NCBI RefSeq assembly: GCF_003945235.1
Contig: NZ_RSDW01000001.1
Coordinates: forward strand, 180,001-212,000
Source: Edaphobacter aggregans
Lineage (GTDB): Bacteria; Acidobacteriota; Terriglobia; Terriglobales; Acidobacteriaceae
Direction: 5' to 3'
DNA length: 32,000 bases
Position 1 is the first letter of the stretch, and each line of letters starts with the position of its first letter. Of this stretch, positions 29,401 through 32,000 are shown one piece after another. The notes below the pieces were generated by a model, which saw only the letters and a list, made by a program, of their open reading frames with translations, did no database searches and was not told the origin of the DNA. Made by a program: the position numbers and the translations under genes.

Positions 29401-32000
29401 GCCACCGGAGGCAACCCCTACGCCCTCAATCTCACCGGCACGGGCCTCGCCCTCACAGGCCTCCTCCTCACCCCCGCCTCGAACGACTTCGGCCCCATCC
29501 CCATCGGCAGCACCAGCGCCCCCGCCCTCTTCACCCTGACCAACGCCACGCCCTCGCCCATCACCCTCAACTCCACCACCGCCACCGGAGACTTCGCCCT
29601 AAGCACCGCCGCCTCAGCCGGAGCGCCCTGCACCGGCACCCTCGCCCCCAACGCCTCCTGCAACATCCAAATTGTCTTCACTCCCTCCATCACCAGCACC
29701 CGCACCGGAAACCTCACCCTGGACACCAGCTACGGCCCCGTCACCTCCGACCTCACCGGCTTCGGCTCCCCAAACACTGGCCTCGCCCTCAATCCCACCT
29801 CCCTCATCTTCAACAACGTCCCGGGCCCCGCTGCCACACAACAGACCATCACGCTCGCCAACACCGGCCTCTACACCCTCCAGATCGGAACCCCCACCAA
29901 CACCAACACCAGCTTCACTCCCACCAGCGCCTGCACCACCCTCGCTGCGGGAGCCGTCTGCTCCATAGCCGTCACCTTCACCCCAGCCAGCGCCTACGTC
30001 AACGACACTCTTTCGATCCCCGTTACTTCCGCCGCCCCCGGCAACCCCACCAACACCTACACCGTCCCCCTGAGCAGCACCTACACCACACAAAACACCG
30101 GCCTGCAGATCACCCCAACACAAACCAACTACGGCCCCACGCCTGATTCCACCCTCGGCCTCACCCGCCAATTCACCATCAACAACCTCACCGCGAAATC
30201 CCTCACCCTCGCACTCGCACTCCCCCGCCAGTTCATCCTCGCCTCTCCCCCCTGCGCCGCCCTCGCCCCCAACGCCTCCTGCGACTTCAGCGTCACCTTC
30301 CTCCCCCTCACCAACGGCGACATCACCGGAACCCTCTTCGCCCAAGCCACCCCCACCGACGGCACCCCGGCCCTCAACGGCCTCGCCTACGTCGAAGGCT
30401 ACGGCACCGGCACCGGAACCCTCGCCATCACCGGTCCCATCTCCCCCGGAAACCTCGTCAACTTCGGCCAGGTCACCTCCGGCCAATCCGCCACCCAGAC
30501 CCTAACCCTCACCAACACCGGAGCCGCGCCCATCACCGTCCGCCGAATCACCTCCGGATGGCCCTTCCTCGCCACCTCCACCTGCGGCCTCACGCTCACG
30601 CAGAACCAAAGCTGTACCGTCACCCTCACCTACACCCCGCTCAACCAGCAAGCCACCGGAACCCCCTCCCCCCAGCGCAACAACGACGCCGGAGCACTCA
30701 TCATCGAGAGCGACGCCCTCTCCAGCCCCGACGTCCTCGATCTCACCGGCGAAGCCGCACCCCTTCTCGTCTCCTCCCCCACCAACACCGCCCCCCTCAT
30801 CTCCTTCGTCGCATCACAAAGCTCCCTCACCTTCGCCCCCACCGGAGTAGGCAACGCATCAACCCCGCAAACCCTCACACTCGCCAACACCGGAACCACC
30901 ACCATCCACATCACCGCCCTCCAATCCACCCCAGACTTCACCGTCACCAGCACCTGCGCCACCCTCCTCCCCGGAGCAAGCTGCCCCATCACCGTCAGCT
31001 TCACCCCACAACTCCCCGGCACCCGCATCGCCGCCCTCGAGATCACCTCCGACTCCACCACCCCACTCGAATTCATCAGCCTCCTCGGCAACGCCACACC
31101 CGCAATCATCACCTTCTCCCCCACCTCGCTCGACTTCGGCACCGTCCTCGTCGGCACCACCTCGCAACTCCCCATCCAGATCACCAACAACAGCACCACT
31201 CCCGCCACCTTCACCAGCCTCACCGCAACAGGCGACTACGCCGTCACCGGAAACTGCCCCACCGCCAACAACACTCTGGCACCCAACACAAGCTGCACCG
31301 CGCAAGTCATCTTCACCCCCACCACCACCGGCACCCGCTCCGGCACCCTATCCCTCTCGAACTCCCTCACCACGCTCCCGCTCACCGTCCAACTCACCGG
31401 CATAGGAGCCCAATCCCACCTCCAGATTGCCCCGAGCACTCTTACCTTCGCCTCACTAGCAGTAGGCTCCTCCGCCAACCTCACCCTGACCCTCTCGAAC
31501 ACCGGCACCGCGACCCTCACCAACATCGCCCTATCCATCACCGGCGACTACGCCGTCACCACACCCTGCGGCCTCACCAAGCTCGCTCCCGGAATAAGCT
31601 GCGCCGTCACCATCACCTTCACCCCCACCACCACCGGAGCCCGCACCGGAGCCCTCACCATCACCAGCACCGACCAAAGCTCCCCCGCCACCATCCCGCT
31701 CACCGGAACCGGCATAGCCAACGGAACCTTCACCCTCACAGTCAACGGAGCCGCAGCTTCCACCGCAACCGTCAAGAGCGGCGAACCCGCCAATTATTCC
31801 CTCACCCTAACGCCCCAAAACACCTTCAGCGGAACCGTAGTCCTCAACTGCACCCCCATCAACCCCGGTCAATACGCCACCTGCTCGCTCCTCCCCTCCA
31901 ACATCACCCTCGACGGCGCCGCGCAAAACGCCGTCGCCACCATCAACACCGTCACAGAAGTCACCACCTCCGCCAACCACCCAGACCACAACCCCAACAC
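26407..32000 (+). CDS. giant secreted surface/adhesin-like protein (at least 1864 codons, 3-prime end outside the window): signal peptide, SBBP-type beta-propeller repeats, then at least 11 choice-of-anchor-D/ASH-like Ig-fold modules
   Basis: Not in the ORF track because it has no stop in the window; every listed + ORF in this region is in another frame. MTKTKFALRLLLAGLCTLASATLAAQ, then NLYVTGTTTSGS / DAVFITGSTFS / NAYIAGYTTSTG repeats. Recurrent modules of the form LDFGxVxVGxxS...TLTNTGxxxxT...TGDYAVT..C...LAPxxSCxxxVxFTPTTTGxRxGxLT follow. Confidence 0.85.
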   Translation, partial: MTKTKFALRLLLAGLCTLASATLAAQNTQQLVFTGLRSVASQGQFNAVQTDTSGNLYLLLDQKDGVRLLKTDPTATNILAQAQIGATGDIGLALALDPTGNLYVTGTTTSGSLATTSGVAFPARADTSTNSFIAKFDPSLNPLFVTYTGSGRTAVTSIAATADAVFITGSTFSTTLPVTPSGIIQSPTSGSFQNGFVEKFNTTGTTLLYATYLSALNGDTAPSAIAADSSDNAYIAGYTTSTGYPTLNALVPEIIATPPSTTSGFLTKLTPAGDGIVFSTFIPGTGITSLTLDPTAQNLLLSGTIALGQFPIASVPMPLVNTTYQSVIRIPLDGTTVLASTVAAPGTQSTITPAPSGAAWIAGPLTTPLLPIQTLSNFGNAYALRVTAQSTVDQTLRFGGLPTSNPAYSSAPATLTSVAVDQTGQPIFAGSAAPTTSSSLLTTQTYDLPLYNSPTTALPSTLHNAVLASGTCNGSACAGSAAFLSKLNPTTSAPSLALSTDASPNITLRNLGSATATDLQITTTEFTTSTTCSTTLPPASDCDIVLTGTGPGSITAQASNATTQTITVPAITATANPIVLTPKELDFGIQTSTSPATTRTITITNLGTQTKTFASNLQAIGTPPYTITQSASDCPLATSTTKSLDPGATCHITLSLTTSSVATNDGPIQANWTIGTGAVLLTAYSQAASLSASASEIDFCTQYTPASTPNLNLPRYLYLSNNSAASIPHTPVTLPASSPFTLTDSCPTQLDPHTICQIKLTYSSPQTSTDSTTLTLDQGITVLITGKTIPQPGATGSTTNPNLSVTPASLTFPNAVLVTSTSSAPQNVTIANTGTQPFTLSLTLTGDFTDTNNCPSILTAGTICTVSLTFAPSQPGTRQGLLTVSTGAGTTPAYVTLTGTATAILTANNGTVDFGSVIIGQPSVLWYKIAQPFSQFSATTSTPDFTAILVEDIGYGHGQPPTTAFSTTVTGTCTNCWLGLQFIPSSTSLETANLTLTSATGGNPYALNLTGTGLALTGLLLTPASNDFGPIPIGSTSAPALFTLTNATPSPITLNSTTATGDFALSTAASAGAPCTGTLAPNASCNIQIVFTPSITSTRTGNLTLDTSYGPVTSDLTGFGSPNTGLALNPTSLIFNNVPGPAATQQTITLANTGLYTLQIGTPTNTNTSFTPTSACTTLAAGAVCSIAVTFTPASAYVNDTLSIPVTSAAPGNPTNTYTVPLSSTYTTQNTGLQITPTQTNYGPTPDSTLGLTRQFTINNLTAKSLTLALALPRQFILASPPCAALAPNASCDFSVTFLPLTNGDITGTLFAQATPTDGTPALNGLAYVEGYGTGTGTLAITGPISPGNLVNFGQVTSGQSATQTLTLTNTGAAPITVRRITSGWPFLATSTCGLTLTQNQSCTVTLTYTPLNQQATGTPSPQRNNDAGALIIESDALSSPDVLDLTGEAAPLLVSSPTNTAPLISFVASQSSLTFAPTGVGNASTPQTLTLANTGTTTIHITALQSTPDFTVTSTCATLLPGASCPITVSFTPQLPGTRIAALEITSDSTTPLEFISLLGNATPAIITFSPTSLDFGTVLVGTTSQLPIQITNNSTTPATFTSLTATGDYAVTGNCPTANNTLAPNTSCTAQVIFTPTTTGTRSGTLSLSNSLTTLPLTVQLTGIGAQSHLQIAPSTLTFASLAVGSSANLTLTLSNTGTATLTNIALSITGDYAVTTPCGLTKLAPGISCAVTITFTPTTTGARTGALTITSTDQSSPATIPLTGTGIANGTFTLTVNGAAASTATVKSGEPANYSLTLTPQNTFSGTVVLNCTPINPGQYATCSLLPSNITLDGAAQNAVATINTVTEVTTSANHPDHNPN

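Noticed and set aside
26755-31989. Many G-rich minus-strand ORFs and Pro/Ser-rich + strand ORFs (for example 26755..27381, 28847..29389, 29614..30486, 30630..31223, 30859..31305)
   Set aside because: All are off-frame or antisense to the single frame that stays open from 26407 to the window end and encodes recognisable repeat modules. Their Gly/Glu/Val or Pro/Ser composition reflects the extreme C-richness of the top strand.
1-32000. Sigma-54 promoters (TGGCAC-N5-TTGC) that the partial GAF regulator might control
   Set aside because: The TGGCA(C/G) occurrences I found by eye (for example near 2323, 4707, 17191 and 21836) are not followed by TTGC at the correct spacing. None is called.

Overview
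GC-rich bacterial chromosomal segment; spot counts of 60-nt lines mostly give about 55-60% G+C. The gene content suggests Acidobacteriota (Terriglobia-like), but that taxon call is low confidence. It rests on a giant Thr-rich SBBP/choice-of-anchor-D-type surface protein, a DUF11/beta-helix exoprotein and a GAF-GAF regulator. The window splits into two parts. LEFT (1 to ~18.4 kb) is a mosaic, apparently horizontally acquired region. It holds a partial GAF-GAF regulator, DinB, and a minus-strand replication/recombination module typical of a cryptic integrative element or prophage: an unknown protein, a stand-alone AEP primase-polymerase, another unknown protein, VapBC, SSB, a Rad52-type annealing protein and a small Cys-rich protein. 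It also holds a RibD_C-type reductase, a YtrA-type GntR/ABC operon with a clear operator, a truncated IS110 fragment, an IS110 copy with two frameshifts, a 914-aa secreted beta-helix/DUF11 protein with a hyper-glycine insert, and an IS30 remnant fused to a tyrosine-integrase remnant. It ends at a 3-prime half of tRNA-Leu(GAG) at 18346-18399. RIGHT (18.4-32 kb) is housekeeping-like: secG, an MBL hydrolase, an aminotransferase, a glycine-zipper protein, an unknown protein, an atypical receiver-GHKL ATPase, a GH42 beta-galactosidase and a HAD hydrolase. It ends with a giant surface protein that starts at 26407 and runs off the window; the ORF track misses it, as it misses the first gene, because both are edge-truncated. 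Much of the right part has a very strong C>G bias on the top strand regardless of gene orientation, which the left part lacks. No CRISPR array, rRNA or intact tRNA was seen. My best candidate for something undescribed is the helicase-less prim-pol cassette with two unrecognisable partner proteins (5751-7976). I cannot show from sequence alone that it is a novel system rather than an element replication module.
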